In this document: one piece after another, positions 1 to 9,057 of the stretch | How the letters are laid out: each line of letters starts with the position of its first letter | How positions within the stretch are numbered: position 1 is the first letter of the stretch | Assembly (NCBI GenBank): GCA_965215015.1 | Contig: OZ244042.1 | Span: 3,488,001 to 3,552,000, forward strand | DNA: 64,000 nt | Direction of reading: 5' to 3' | DNA from: Candidatus Poribacteria bacterium | Lineage (GTDB): Bacteria > Poribacteria > WGA-4E > PCPOR2b | The notes under the pieces: generated by a model | The model's input: the letters and a program-made list of their open reading frames with translations, nothing else | Database searches by the model: none | What the model was told of the DNA's origin: nothing | Made by a program: the position numbers and the translations under genes

Positions 1-508
1 CGCCCATGAGCCGATTGGATTCAAACGAGATGACGGGGTTATCGTCGCGGATGGCGGATTTGAGCAATCCTTTCATATCGTAAGGTGTTGAAGGCAACAC
101 CATCTTCAATCCCGCAAGATTCATAAACATTGAATAAGGGCTCTGGGAATGTTGAGCAGCAACCCGCCTGCCGCCTCCGACCGAGGCGCGAAATGTGATG
201 GGAAACTTCGCTTGGCCCCCAAACATATAGTGAATTTTCGCTGCCTGATTCACGATTTGGTCCATGGCGACAAAGGAAAATGTTATCATGCCCCAGTTGA
301 TGATCGGTCGATAGCCGGACCCTGCTGCGCCGATGGCAATGCCTGTAAACGCACCTTCGGCGATGGGTGTGGCACGCACCCGTTCGGTGCCAAATTCATT
401 GACCAGTTCGTCCGGCGCGCTAGTTGCGAGGTGAAATGTAGCTGCATCCCGCTGCATCTCTTCGATGAGCGCGTCAGTTCCGGCTTGTGCATACGAGATT
501 TTTCGCAT
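1..508 (-). CDS. TPP-dependent 2-oxoacid/acetoin dehydrogenase E1 beta subunit (AcoB/PdhB-like), partial; runs off the window start
   Basis: Manual translation from ATG at 508: MRKISYAQAGTDALIEEM...TPIAEGAFTGIAIGAAGSGYRP...AMDQIVNQAAK...AAQHSQS...PSTPYDMKGLLKSAIRDDNPV. Not in the ORF track. Confidence 0.9.
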   Translation of the reverse strand, partial: MRKISYAQAGTDALIEEMQRDAATFHLATSAPDELVNEFGTERVRATPIAEGAFTGIAIGAAGSGYRPIINWGMITFSFVAMDQIVNQAAKIHYMFGGQAKFPITFRASVGGGRRVAAQHSQSPYSMFMNLAGLKMVLPSTPYDMKGLLKSAIRDDNPVISFESNRLMG

Positions 509-551
509 AATAGGTTGCCCTCCATAATTTTCGATTAGGATTGAAAGGATT

Positions 552-983
552 TCACGGAAGAAAACGGCATTTCTCTTCGGGGCTCGGAATTCGACATGTA
601 TCTCTCTGCCCGAACCATCGGTATCGATTTCGAGCGACAGTTCGATAAACGAAATCCCGCATACCTCGTGGGACAAGACGCAACAGGTTCAAGAACCACC
701 ATACCCCTCCCAAACGGCGATATACCTCCAGAAAAGCATCTGATCTCTCATAAATTCCCTGCTCGTCTAAATAGAGCATAGACCACTTTTGAGGTGCTTC
801 GGAAAGTGGCGGTAGCAATTGCTTGGCAGTTTCACCTTGAATTGGCGCGAATCTGAAAATCTGTTTGCTGTCAATTCTCAAGATCAGATCTACGAATCGG
901 TTGCACATACCGCACACACCGTCAAAGAAGATGATAGGTGGGTTCGCGATACCCTTTGTTATTTTGTCTGTCTCTGGGTGCAT
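552..983 (-). CDS. DCC family (DUF393) thiol-disulfide oxidoreductase
   Basis: FFDGVCGMCN (DxxCxxC), FAPIQG, RDFVYRTVARNRYRWFG. Confidence 0.9.
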   Translation of the reverse strand: MHPETDKITKGIANPPIIFFDGVCGMCNRFVDLILRIDSKQIFRFAPIQGETAKQLLPPLSEAPQKWSMLYLDEQGIYERSDAFLEVYRRLGGVWWFLNLLRLVPRGMRDFVYRTVARNRYRWFGQRDTCRIPSPEEKCRFLP

Positions 984-1532
984 GATAGAGGTGAGCGGTT
1001 GAGTCCGGCGACAGTGCGTGTAATTTAATCTAAGCTGCTACCTAATTTAAACCTATCAGGTCTTACGCAGTTGAACCCTCGAAGCCTTGCCGGTCGAGAT
1101 TCTTATCTCGAACCCAAATATCCATAGTCTCGACTTTGGAAAATCGACCGACAGAGGGCCTATGTGGGTGCATTTGGTAGTTTAGGTGCCCCCGATTTCA
1201 GTGAGGGCAGGCTCTGCCTCACGATTACAAATTCGGTGAAGATACCTCTCAATGCCCGATGAATCGGGGGCGACGGATTGAGAAACGATTGAACGTTCGG
1301 GAAAATCTGTTGGCTCGTGTGAATAGCAATTAGCGAAGATTCGGGTAGATTCATGGTTGAAAAATACCCTCCGCCAATCTCCGCCAATTGATATGAATGA
1401 AAAAGGTGTTGGATCTCGGCTTTAGCGGAGGGCATAGATAGGGACAAACGCGCCATGAATTGCGCTACTACGAACAGTGTTATTTATTTTGAGAGGAAAC
1501 CCAACCCCTACAGGTTGGTGTTCCGTCTATAA

Positions 1533-1590
1533 GTTGTTTCTAGTAGATGTCGAGTAAGGAAACTTGACCTATGGGTTATCTAGCAACTTG
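1533..1590 (-). repeat. Intergenic repeat family B (CAAGTTGCTAG-TAGCC-GTAGGTC...CTACTAGAAAC); other copies at about 20988-21028 (+), 39312-39374 (+) and a short one at 19881-19894 (-)
   Basis: The reverse complement aligns by eye with 39312-39374 and 20988-21028. Confidence 0.75.
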
Positions 1591-1615
1591 GATTAATCTA
1601 GAAAAAAGTGTCTGA

Positions 1616-2581
1616 TTATTCGGCGAAGATATCTTCGACAGCCGCCTCTGGATCTGGAAATGGGCTTTCCTCGGCAAATTTGACCGCGTCCTCAATTGCT
1701 CTGAGGATTTCAGTGTTCATTTTTTGCCACCCTTCCTCGGTCAAAAGTCCTTGATCCATTAGGTTCGTCGCAAAGCGGTTGATGGGATCCCGCTGCCGCC
1801 ACGCTTCAATTTCTTCTTGCGGACGTGGGTCCGTTTGCCCCGGTCTCTCGGTATGTCCGCGCCAACGATAGGTCTTGCACTCGATGAGAGTGGGCCCTTG
1901 GCCCGCACGCGCCCGGCCGACCGCGGCTTCCGCAGCTTCATAGACCGCCATCACATCGTTGCCATCAACGACCACCCCCGGAATGCCATAGCCGGCGGCG
2001 CGGGCTGCCACGTCACTAAGGGCTAAGGTTTCGGCTGCTGTGGTGCCGGCGGAATAGAGATTGTTCTCGCAGACGTAGAGCATCGGCAGTTTCCACGTAG
2101 CAGCGATGTTGATCGATTCGTGGAACGGACCTGCGTTCGAAGCACCGTCCCCAAAGAAGGAAACGGCGACACGGCCCTTGCCTTCGAGTTGGGCAGCCAG
2201 GCCGGCACCGGTTACGATAGGAATGCCGCCGGCGACAATGCCGTTGGCTCCCAACATGCCGATGCTGAAATCGGCGATGTGCATGGAGCCGCCTTTGCCT
2301 TTGCAGTAACCAGTTTGTCTGCCGTACAGTTCAGCCATCATCCGATTCAGATCGGCACCCTTGGCGAGACAATGTCCGTGCCCGCGGTGGGTGCTGATGA
2401 TCTGGTCATCTCTATTCAGTGCTGCACACACCCCTACAGCGACAGCTTCCTCACCGATGTAGCAGTGCACGACGCCGTAGATGGCACCCGCCTGATAGTC
2501 ATCAGATGCTCGCTCCTCAAAGCGACGGATGGTCTGCATCGAGCGTAGCATCTCAAGCTGTTTCTCTGTTGTGAACGTCAT
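1616..2581 (-). CDS. TPP-dependent dehydrogenase E1 alpha subunit (AcoA/PdhA-like)
   Basis: STHRGHGH, GKGGSMH, TPP motif GDGA...ENN, TYRWRGH. Confidence 0.93.
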   Translation of the reverse strand: MTFTTEKQLEMLRSMQTIRRFEERASDDYQAGAIYGVVHCYIGEEAVAVGVCAALNRDDQIISTHRGHGHCLAKGADLNRMMAELYGRQTGYCKGKGGSMHIADFSIGMLGANGIVAGGIPIVTGAGLAAQLEGKGRVAVSFFGDGASNAGPFHESINIAATWKLPMLYVCENNLYSAGTTAAETLALSDVAARAAGYGIPGVVVDGNDVMAVYEAAEAAVGRARAGQGPTLIECKTYRWRGHTERPGQTDPRPQEEIEAWRQRDPINRFATNLMDQGLLTEEGWQKMNTEILRAIEDAVKFAEESPFPDPEAAVEDIFAE

Positions 2582-2614
2582 GTTTGTTTCCTCCCCAAGG
2601 CCTCATCTATCGCC

Positions 2615-3157
2615 TCAAGTCTCAGTCTTTGCTTGTCGAAGCAGCACCGTCCGCCCTAACACAATGACAGCAATTAAGAGCGCAACGACAGGACCGAACC
2701 AAGTATGTTCTTTTGGCGCGGTCAATATGAAAATATAGATAAATCCAAGCAGATACCATATCCTATCTAGCCACCCTTGCACTGACCGAGCAGCGAGATA
2801 CGTGCAAGCCAGCGTGCTAAACGCAATCCATATCCATGAGAATAACCCCGGGGTCCAGCCATAGAAAGGAATGCTTATAAGAGCAGCACCTTTCCAACCC
2901 TTTGGGAATAGATCAAAGGCGTGGTGGACAGCGAAACCGATACTGATACCCATCGCAAACGCGTGTAGTCCAAAGCGAATTCTTAATGCCAGTAAAAACA
3001 GTATAAGGGGAATCAGTGGACTGTGCGTGATGATGGAGCGGTGGAGTAGCAGGTTGGTCCATTGATCGATATCTGGCATGACGATGCCGCAGCGAAGCCC
3101 TGCTACAACGAATACCGGAGCTACCAAGGTAACTAGGAATCTACCCATCGCCTGCAT
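2615..3157 (-). CDS. Membrane protein, YdjM-like metal-dependent hydrolase
   Basis: PDID...HRSIITHS...HHAFD motifs and several TM segments. Confidence 0.6.
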   Translation of the reverse strand: MQAMGRFLVTLVAPVFVVAGLRCGIVMPDIDQWTNLLLHRSIITHSPLIPLILFLLALRIRFGLHAFAMGISIGFAVHHAFDLFPKGWKGAALISIPFYGWTPGLFSWIWIAFSTLACTYLAARSVQGWLDRIWYLLGFIYIFILTAPKEHTWFGPVVALLIAVIVLGRTVLLRQAKTET

Positions 3158-3178
3158 GTCAGTCCTCCTATTATGCTA

Positions 3179-4909
3179 TTATGCGGGTCTATCGCCCTTC
3201 TGCACCGGTGCGGTCCGGCTATCGACGCCGGGCAACATTTTTGCCGGATCTCGAGTCACAATCACGTCAATGATGGTGGGTATATCGTGTGCAGCGATGC
3301 CTTTGGCGAATGCTGCCCCTAGTTTGGAAGGTTCTGACACCCGAATACCGTGGCACCCGAGCTCACGAGCGACGTTTGCATAATGGGTTTCACTTAAATC
3401 GCTTGATTGATAGCGTCCGCCGTACAGACTGTGCTGGAGGGCCTTGACGTAGCCGGAGGCGGCGTTGTTCACGATGGCAAGGGTGAAACCGAGACCGAGA
3501 CGGCGCGCTGTCTCAAGTTCCCCAAGCATCATGTTGAATCCGGCATCGCCGGTAAGCCCGACCACCGGTGAATCTGGCGCAGCAAGCTGTGCACCGATAG
3601 TTCCCGGTAGCCCGTATCCGATGGAGGCGAATCCTCGATTTGCGATGTAGGAACGTCCCGCGCGGGTTGAGTCGTAGAGCAATCCAGTCCAATGGGCGGC
3701 AAATCCGCCATCAACGACAAGAATCCCGTCATCGGGCATGACGCCTTGCAGTTCGCGGACCAATCTCGCCATGTGAATTGGACGTTCTTCGGAGGCGTAG
3801 CGCGGTTCTGCCTCTGCCCGCCAAGCTGCCATTCGCTGTGCCACTTCCGCTAGGTAGGTTGTGTGTTGGGTCTGTAAGGTTTCGGCGTCGTTAGCAAGGC
3901 TAGCGTGGAGGTCGAGCAATCCTTCAGCGGCATCTCCCCAAAGCGCGACTTCCGTGGGGGTCGTGCGTCCAATTTCCTCCGCCACGATATCGAGATGGAT
4001 GAACGGAACACCCCGCGGCATTAGGGCGTAGCGTTTGGTGGCAATCTCGCCCATTTTGCAGCCGACTGCGAGGATGCAATCTGAAGTTTCGATTAGGTCG
4101 TTGGCAATCCGAGACCACCGACCGAATAGCCCTACACTCAGTGGATGTGTACACGGAATGGCACCCTTCCCGCTCAATGTCTGAGCAACCGGAACGCTGA
4201 AATCTTCGGCGAATTTGAGCAGTGCTTCATAGGCACCTGAGAGATGGATGCCACCTCCGGCGAGTATGATCGGTCGCTTGGAGCGACGGAACTGTGCTAT
4301 GGCTCGTGCAACCGCTTCGCGCCCCGGACGGGGCCGCTGGGCTGGGATGCGGATGGTTGCTGGATCGGCATAAAACTCATCGCTTGGGTAGTCAAATTCT
4401 CCATGTGCCACGTCTTCGGGGACATCCAGAACGACGGGGCCTGGTCGCCCGGAGGTGGCGATGGCGTAGGCACGTCGCACCAGTTCGGGGATGCGAAGCC
4501 CATCTTCGATCCGAATCAACGCCTTGACCGATGGGGCGAGAATCTCCGACTGGCGTGCCTCCTGGGTCATATTTTTCCAAGAATGGGCACGATTGCTGTT
4601 GCCAACGATAACGATGAGGGGCACCCCCGCATTCAACGACTCGACGAGTCCGGTCACTAAATTTGTGGCTCCCGGACCGAGCGTGGCGTCGCAGATACCG
4701 GGGCGTCCGGTCACTCGTGCCCATGCGTCGGCGGCGAACACACCGCACCGCTCGTCGTTGATGAGTGTATGTTTGAGCCCGAGTTCGCGCACTGCGTCGT
4801 AAAAGGGCAATAGCTGGAACCCAGCCATACCGAACATCGGGGCGGGGTTATGGCACTTGAGCATTTCGGCGAGCCCTTGTCCGCCGTTCATCTGTCGAAA
4901 TGAAGACAT
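3179..4909 (-). CDS. Thiamine pyrophosphate-binding protein, acetolactate synthase large-subunit-like
   Basis: GPGATN, SGRPGPVVLDVP, TPP motif GDAGF...NN. Confidence 0.9.
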   Translation of the reverse strand: MSSFRQMNGGQGLAEMLKCHNPAPMFGMAGFQLLPFYDAVRELGLKHTLINDERCGVFAADAWARVTGRPGICDATLGPGATNLVTGLVESLNAGVPLIVIVGNSNRAHSWKNMTQEARQSEILAPSVKALIRIEDGLRIPELVRRAYAIATSGRPGPVVLDVPEDVAHGEFDYPSDEFYADPATIRIPAQRPRPGREAVARAIAQFRRSKRPIILAGGGIHLSGAYEALLKFAEDFSVPVAQTLSGKGAIPCTHPLSVGLFGRWSRIANDLIETSDCILAVGCKMGEIATKRYALMPRGVPFIHLDIVAEEIGRTTPTEVALWGDAAEGLLDLHASLANDAETLQTQHTTYLAEVAQRMAAWRAEAEPRYASEERPIHMARLVRELQGVMPDDGILVVDGGFAAHWTGLLYDSTRAGRSYIANRGFASIGYGLPGTIGAQLAAPDSPVVGLTGDAGFNMMLGELETARRLGLGFTLAIVNNAASGYVKALQHSLYGGRYQSSDLSETHYANVARELGCHGIRVSEPSKLGAAFAKGIAAHDIPTIIDVIVTRDPAKMLPGVDSRTAPVQKGDRPA

Positions 4910-4928
4910 AAATCCTCCTTGCCCTCAG

Positions 4929-5747
4929 TTACGAAGTAAGCAATTCTGCGAAGGCGGGCACCGTCATGCCGATGGTGGCACCGCGTTTGGCAGCTTGCGT
5001 GTTGATATGTGAGATGACTCCGCTCCGCCATGCTGAACGCGCATCGCCGATGCGAGCGGTCATGGTGTCAACTGTGGCCGCCGGAGTGGAATTTTGGTCA
5101 AGGATTCTGAGACGCTGAACCCCAGCCCTATCTATCCCGACGCCGGCATCGTTGAACACTGCGCCTCGTGCCTGTACTGCAAGTCCATAACCGGGTCTAC
5201 CAGCAAGTCTCCCACCATGCGAACCTGTAATGATGAGTGCCCCGGCATCGTCGGGCGTGACAAGCGATGCTGAGTCGCAGGCAAGCACTCTCACCGGCAC
5301 TTCACGCAGCAATTTGCGCGTTTCCTCGTAGGCCGGTGCCTCGCTTTCAAATGCGTTGCCGCGTTGCATAATTTCTGCTGCTTCTCGGCAGGTCTGACCT
5401 ATCACACATCCGAGGGAGATGGCGACTGTATTGCAGTGACTAATCTGTCCGCGTGCGAGCATGTCAGCACCATCTCCGATACGTGCCGATGTATGGCCAA
5501 CCGCTGCTGCTGCCATCCCTAGTAACTGTAGGTAATCGAGGGCCCCGATGCCCGCGCTATCCATCCCGACACCCGCATCATTGAAAATCACACCGCGCAA
5601 GCCTGCGAGTGCTGCCAGATACCCGCAGTAGCTGCCACCGTGGGAGCCGACTACGAGCACGGTTCCCCGGAATTGGGGACCGAGTTTGGTGATGCTGTCG
5701 GCGACTTGAATGGTCCCGATTTCATCGGGATTCAAAACAACTTGCAT
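4929..5747 (-). CDS. Hypothetical protein with two tandem homologous domains
   Basis: GSHGG...FNDAGVG.D.AG...ARIGD occurs twice. Confidence 0.75.
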   Translation of the reverse strand: MQVVLNPDEIGTIQVADSITKLGPQFRGTVLVVGSHGGSYCGYLAALAGLRGVIFNDAGVGMDSAGIGALDYLQLLGMAAAAVGHTSARIGDGADMLARGQISHCNTVAISLGCVIGQTCREAAEIMQRGNAFESEAPAYEETRKLLREVPVRVLACDSASLVTPDDAGALIITGSHGGRLAGRPGYGLAVQARGAVFNDAGVGIDRAGVQRLRILDQNSTPAATVDTMTARIGDARSAWRSGVISHINTQAAKRGATIGMTVPAFAELLTS

Positions 5748-5775
5748 CGAATCTCCCTTGCTAGTTGTCAGATAT

Positions 5776-6061
5776 GTCGATTTTGGAGAATTGACCTATT
5801 AAAAATAGCGCAGGTTGTGCCCTATGCCCCCGTTGGGGCTTTAGCAACTCCTGTTAAAATATACCTGTTAAAATATATACGTACCGCTCCCCGATATACA
5901 TATCGCTCCTCTGACATTTCATTGCAACCAGATAATCGAAGGTTTTGCACAAACGCATGGTCCTCCGTATGGGTTGGGTCTCCCAACCCCTTGTTTACAC
6001 ATCAGAGACGATTCCGGACAGCTGTCGGTTGATTTTCCAAAATCGAAAATACCGAGAACAT
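5776..6061. repeat. MITE-like element with imperfect ~21-bp terminal inverted repeats (family D); related ends at about 1130-1153 and 63115-63153
   Basis: gtcgattttggagaattgacc versus the reverse complement of ggttgattttccaaaatcgaa; 6023-6061 is nearly identical to 63115-63153. Confidence 0.65.
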
Positions 6062-6083
6062 GACGACGGAGTATGCCACTGCT

Positions 6084-7220
6084 TTAATGGGGGGCAACCC
6101 GGAAGTGTTTCACTACATCTTCATTTAGCTCAAACCCCAATCCCGGACGGTCGGGCACTTGGATAAATCCGTCTGCATCAACCTCTACCGTTGGTGTCAG
6201 GAGTTCGGAGATGATTGGTGAATCCGGAAATGCGATGGGTGTCTCGAAATACGGCATATTCGGAAGCACCGCAGCGAGATGGATTTCTGCCGCCACGCCG
6301 ACGACGTGACACCAAGCATGTGGTACACAAATCAACCCTCTGCGATAGGCTGCCTCAGCAATCCGCGCTATCTCTCGAATCCCGCCTGAGCGGACTGAAC
6401 TAGGCTGGACCACATCCACACGTCCCTTCTCCATAATATCCTCAAACTCAAACCGTGTGGTGAAGCCCCAATCGCCTACGGCAATGCGGGTATCTACTGC
6501 ATCCGCCAATCGAGCGTACCCGGCGAGATTATCCGCCGGCAGGGGGGCTTCGATGAAAAACGGGCGGTATTCCTCAATCGCGCGGATCGAGGCGATAGCT
6601 TGTCCGACCTCGTACCAGCAATTCTGTACATCGATAAGGATTTCCCGGTCCTCACCGATGGTCTCGCGGACAGCACCCACAATTTCAGCGTCCCGCTGTA
6701 CGTTGACATGCCCGAAACCGCCGGGCCACTCCTCCAGTTTCATTGCGTAGAAATTTCGTTCCTTTGCCAGCGTGAAACGCTCGACAATCTCTGCTACATC
6801 CTCACCCGGTGGGTAGACGGTCGCATAGGGCATCACCTTCTTCTTAATCTCGCCGGTTTCCCGCACGGTACAGCAGGCGTGCCAGATCAGTTCGCAGACC
6901 GGCTTACCGAGTGTTTTGCCCGCAATATCCCAGAGTGCGGTCTCTACCGCTCCGATGGCTGCAATGGTAACGCCGCGTCGTCCAAATAAGCCTGTAGCGG
7001 AGTACATCTTCTGCCAGAGACGTTCAACCTGCAGCGGATCCTCGCCGTACAGAAGCCCCTGTAAGCCGCCATCGGTGCGAACAATGGCATCAATCACCAG
7101 TGACGGGGATTCAGCCTGTCCGATCCCGGTGATGCCCTCGTCGGTATGTACGCGCACTAGAGTCTCGTCCGCTTTGCCCGGATCTGTCAACGCAATGGTT
7201 TCTATTTCTGTGATTTTCAT
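6084..7220 (-). CDS. Mandelate racemase/muconate lactonizing enzyme (enolase superfamily)
   Basis: VHTDEGITGIG, ALWDIAGK, IDVQN / FIEAP / AVGD metal-ligand region, PDRPGLG. Confidence 0.9.
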   Translation of the reverse strand: MKITEIETIALTDPGKADETLVRVHTDEGITGIGQAESPSLVIDAIVRTDGGLQGLLYGEDPLQVERLWQKMYSATGLFGRRGVTIAAIGAVETALWDIAGKTLGKPVCELIWHACCTVRETGEIKKKVMPYATVYPPGEDVAEIVERFTLAKERNFYAMKLEEWPGGFGHVNVQRDAEIVGAVRETIGEDREILIDVQNCWYEVGQAIASIRAIEEYRPFFIEAPLPADNLAGYARLADAVDTRIAVGDWGFTTRFEFEDIMEKGRVDVVQPSSVRSGGIREIARIAEAAYRRGLICVPHAWCHVVGVAAEIHLAAVLPNMPYFETPIAFPDSPIISELLTPTVEVDADGFIQVPDRPGLGFELNEDVVKHFRVAPH

Positions 7221-7572
7221 TATGGTTTCGTTCCTCGTTCTTGATACCTTGAGATCCTCTCAAGAGCAAATTATAGCACGTTTTTTGAAGTTGAATCAAG
7301 CAGATTTTGCTGGCTGCAAACGCCCTCCTCTTTGGCAATCTGCGTTCTCTACGCAACTAACCGTGAGAGGAGCAATTACAAAGGGCGTGCTTCAACGTTC
7401 ATTTTTTAGAATCCGTCTTACTGGCTTAAATCAACCGCAGAGACGCAGGGTGCACAGGGTTTCCTTATTCTCTCCTCCATATCCTCTATATTCCCGCGTT
7501 CTCGGCGTTAAATAAGTGTGTAATGACTCATTGCGAATCGCTTATGGTCGGGTGACAGGCCCGGTTTTGATG

Positions 7573-7601
7573 TTGAGTTTTGTCTGCTCCGGTTGTATAA
7601 T
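7573..7601 (+). promoter_or_regulatory. sigma70-type promoter upstream of cytochrome b
   Basis: TTGAGT-N17-TATAAT. Confidence 0.6.
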
Positions 7602-7658
7602 TTACACAAGGGTCAACGAACGTTCAACCGGGCACATTTTCAAGGAGGAATCACACCG

Positions 7659-8822
7659 ATGAAAAGTCGAATGGGTATATTTTTGGCGGATCGATTGCCT
7701 ATCAGAGATGTGGAAAATCACCTCAAGAAGCCGCTACCGAAGCATATCAATTGGCTTTTCTCTCTGGGGAGCATGGCAGCCTTTCTGCTGATTCTTCAAG
7801 CTATTACCGGGGCGTTTTTAGCGTTTTACTATTCGCCTTCGCCCGACCACGCTTATAACGCTGTAAATTACATCAGCAAGGAGGTAGCTTTCGGCGGCTT
7901 TGTGCGCGGGTTGCACCATTGGGGTGCCAGTGCTATGGTGATTGTCGTGTGCTTACACCTGTTACGCGTTGTGGTTTACGCATCCTATAAACCTCCAAGA
8001 GAGATAACGTGGATAACCGGAGTCTTGATGCTCCTGATCGTTTTGGGATTCGGTTTCACAGGTTATCTGTTGCCGTGGGATCAGAAGGCGTACTGGGCGA
8101 CCGTGGTTGGAGTTAAAATTGCCGGTACAACCCCTATCATCGGGGATTTTGTCGGGAAGGTCCTCCGTGGGGGGGAGGAGATTGGTGCGGTTACCCTCAC
8201 TCGGTTTTATGCTCTGCACACAATTTGGCTGCCATGGCTCGCTTTTGGGTTGGTCGGTGTACATCTATTCTTCGTACGCTATTACGGTTCGGCGGGAACC
8301 CCCAAGAATACCCACAAAGATATGCAGTCGGGTAAACCGTTTTACCCGGATCAGCTCTTTGAGGATGCTGTCGCTATCCTTATCTTATTCATCATCCTCG
8401 CTGCGATGGCGATCTTTATCCCCGTGCCGCTTGAAGAGCTTGCCGACCCCACGGATGCCAGTTACGACCCACGCCCGGAGTGGTATTTCCTGTTTTTGTT
8501 CCAACTTCTCAAGTATTTTGAGGGACCCCTTGAGGTGGTTGGCACTTTTGTGATTCCCACCGTTGGGTTTATCCTGCTTCTGTTCCTCCCCTTTTTGGAT
8601 AAGAAGGAGCGGACTTCTTTGATGAAACGTCCTGTCGCGCTTACGGTCACTAGTCTATCAGTTATACTGATTGTGTTGCTCACCATTCTTGGGGCGATTT
8701 CGCCTAGGCTGGAGCCTGCTCCTGAGCAAACCCCCACGGCTGAACAGACAGGGCCAAGTCAAGGTGAGACTCCGGAGGGAAAGTCGGAGGATACGGCGGT
8801 TTTTGACTTTGGTTTAGAGTAA
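7659..8822 (+). CDS. Cytochrome b of a bc-type complex (fused b6 + subunit IV type)
   Basis: RBS AGGAGG then ATG 7659; RGLHHWGAS, GFTGYLLPWDQ, TLTRFYALH, PEWYFLF. Confidence 0.92.
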   Translation: MKSRMGIFLADRLPIRDVENHLKKPLPKHINWLFSLGSMAAFLLILQAITGAFLAFYYSPSPDHAYNAVNYISKEVAFGGFVRGLHHWGASAMVIVVCLHLLRVVVYASYKPPREITWITGVLMLLIVLGFGFTGYLLPWDQKAYWATVVGVKIAGTTPIIGDFVGKVLRGGEEIGAVTLTRFYALHTIWLPWLAFGLVGVHLFFVRYYGSAGTPKNTHKDMQSGKPFYPDQLFEDAVAILILFIILAAMAIFIPVPLEELADPTDASYDPRPEWYFLFLFQLLKYFEGPLEVVGTFVIPTVGFILLLFLPFLDKKERTSLMKRPVALTVTSLSVILIVLLTILGAISPRLEPAPEQTPTAEQTGPSQGETPEGKSEDTAVFDFGLE

Positions 8823-9057
8823 CCTGAGTGGGCACCTTGATTAAGTAAGGAAGGTCCTCCTGATAAATCGGGATTTACAACCGCTCACCCCAAAGGGTTA
8901 GAAACCGAGTTTTTTTACCAATATAGGACACCATTGGGGCGAAAATCTGCCTGATTTGCCCAGATCCTATGAAAAGGCAGGCACAAGCCCCATCCCTACG
9001 GTTGCTCTTAGGGTAGGGGGCAATTTGCGTTATAAATAATAAATAGGAGCAAAGCAC

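Noticed and set aside
149-538. Listed ORFs 149..538(+) and 286..525(-)
   Set aside because: Shadow frames of the real E1-beta gene starting at 508 on the minus strand.
552-983. DCC oxidoreductase as another selenoprotein
   Set aside because: Both CxxC residues are ordinary Cys codons and there is no in-frame TGA.
1160-1456. 98-aa ORF in the E1 alpha-DCC gap
   Set aside because: No recognisable motif and it overlaps repeat elements; likely spurious.
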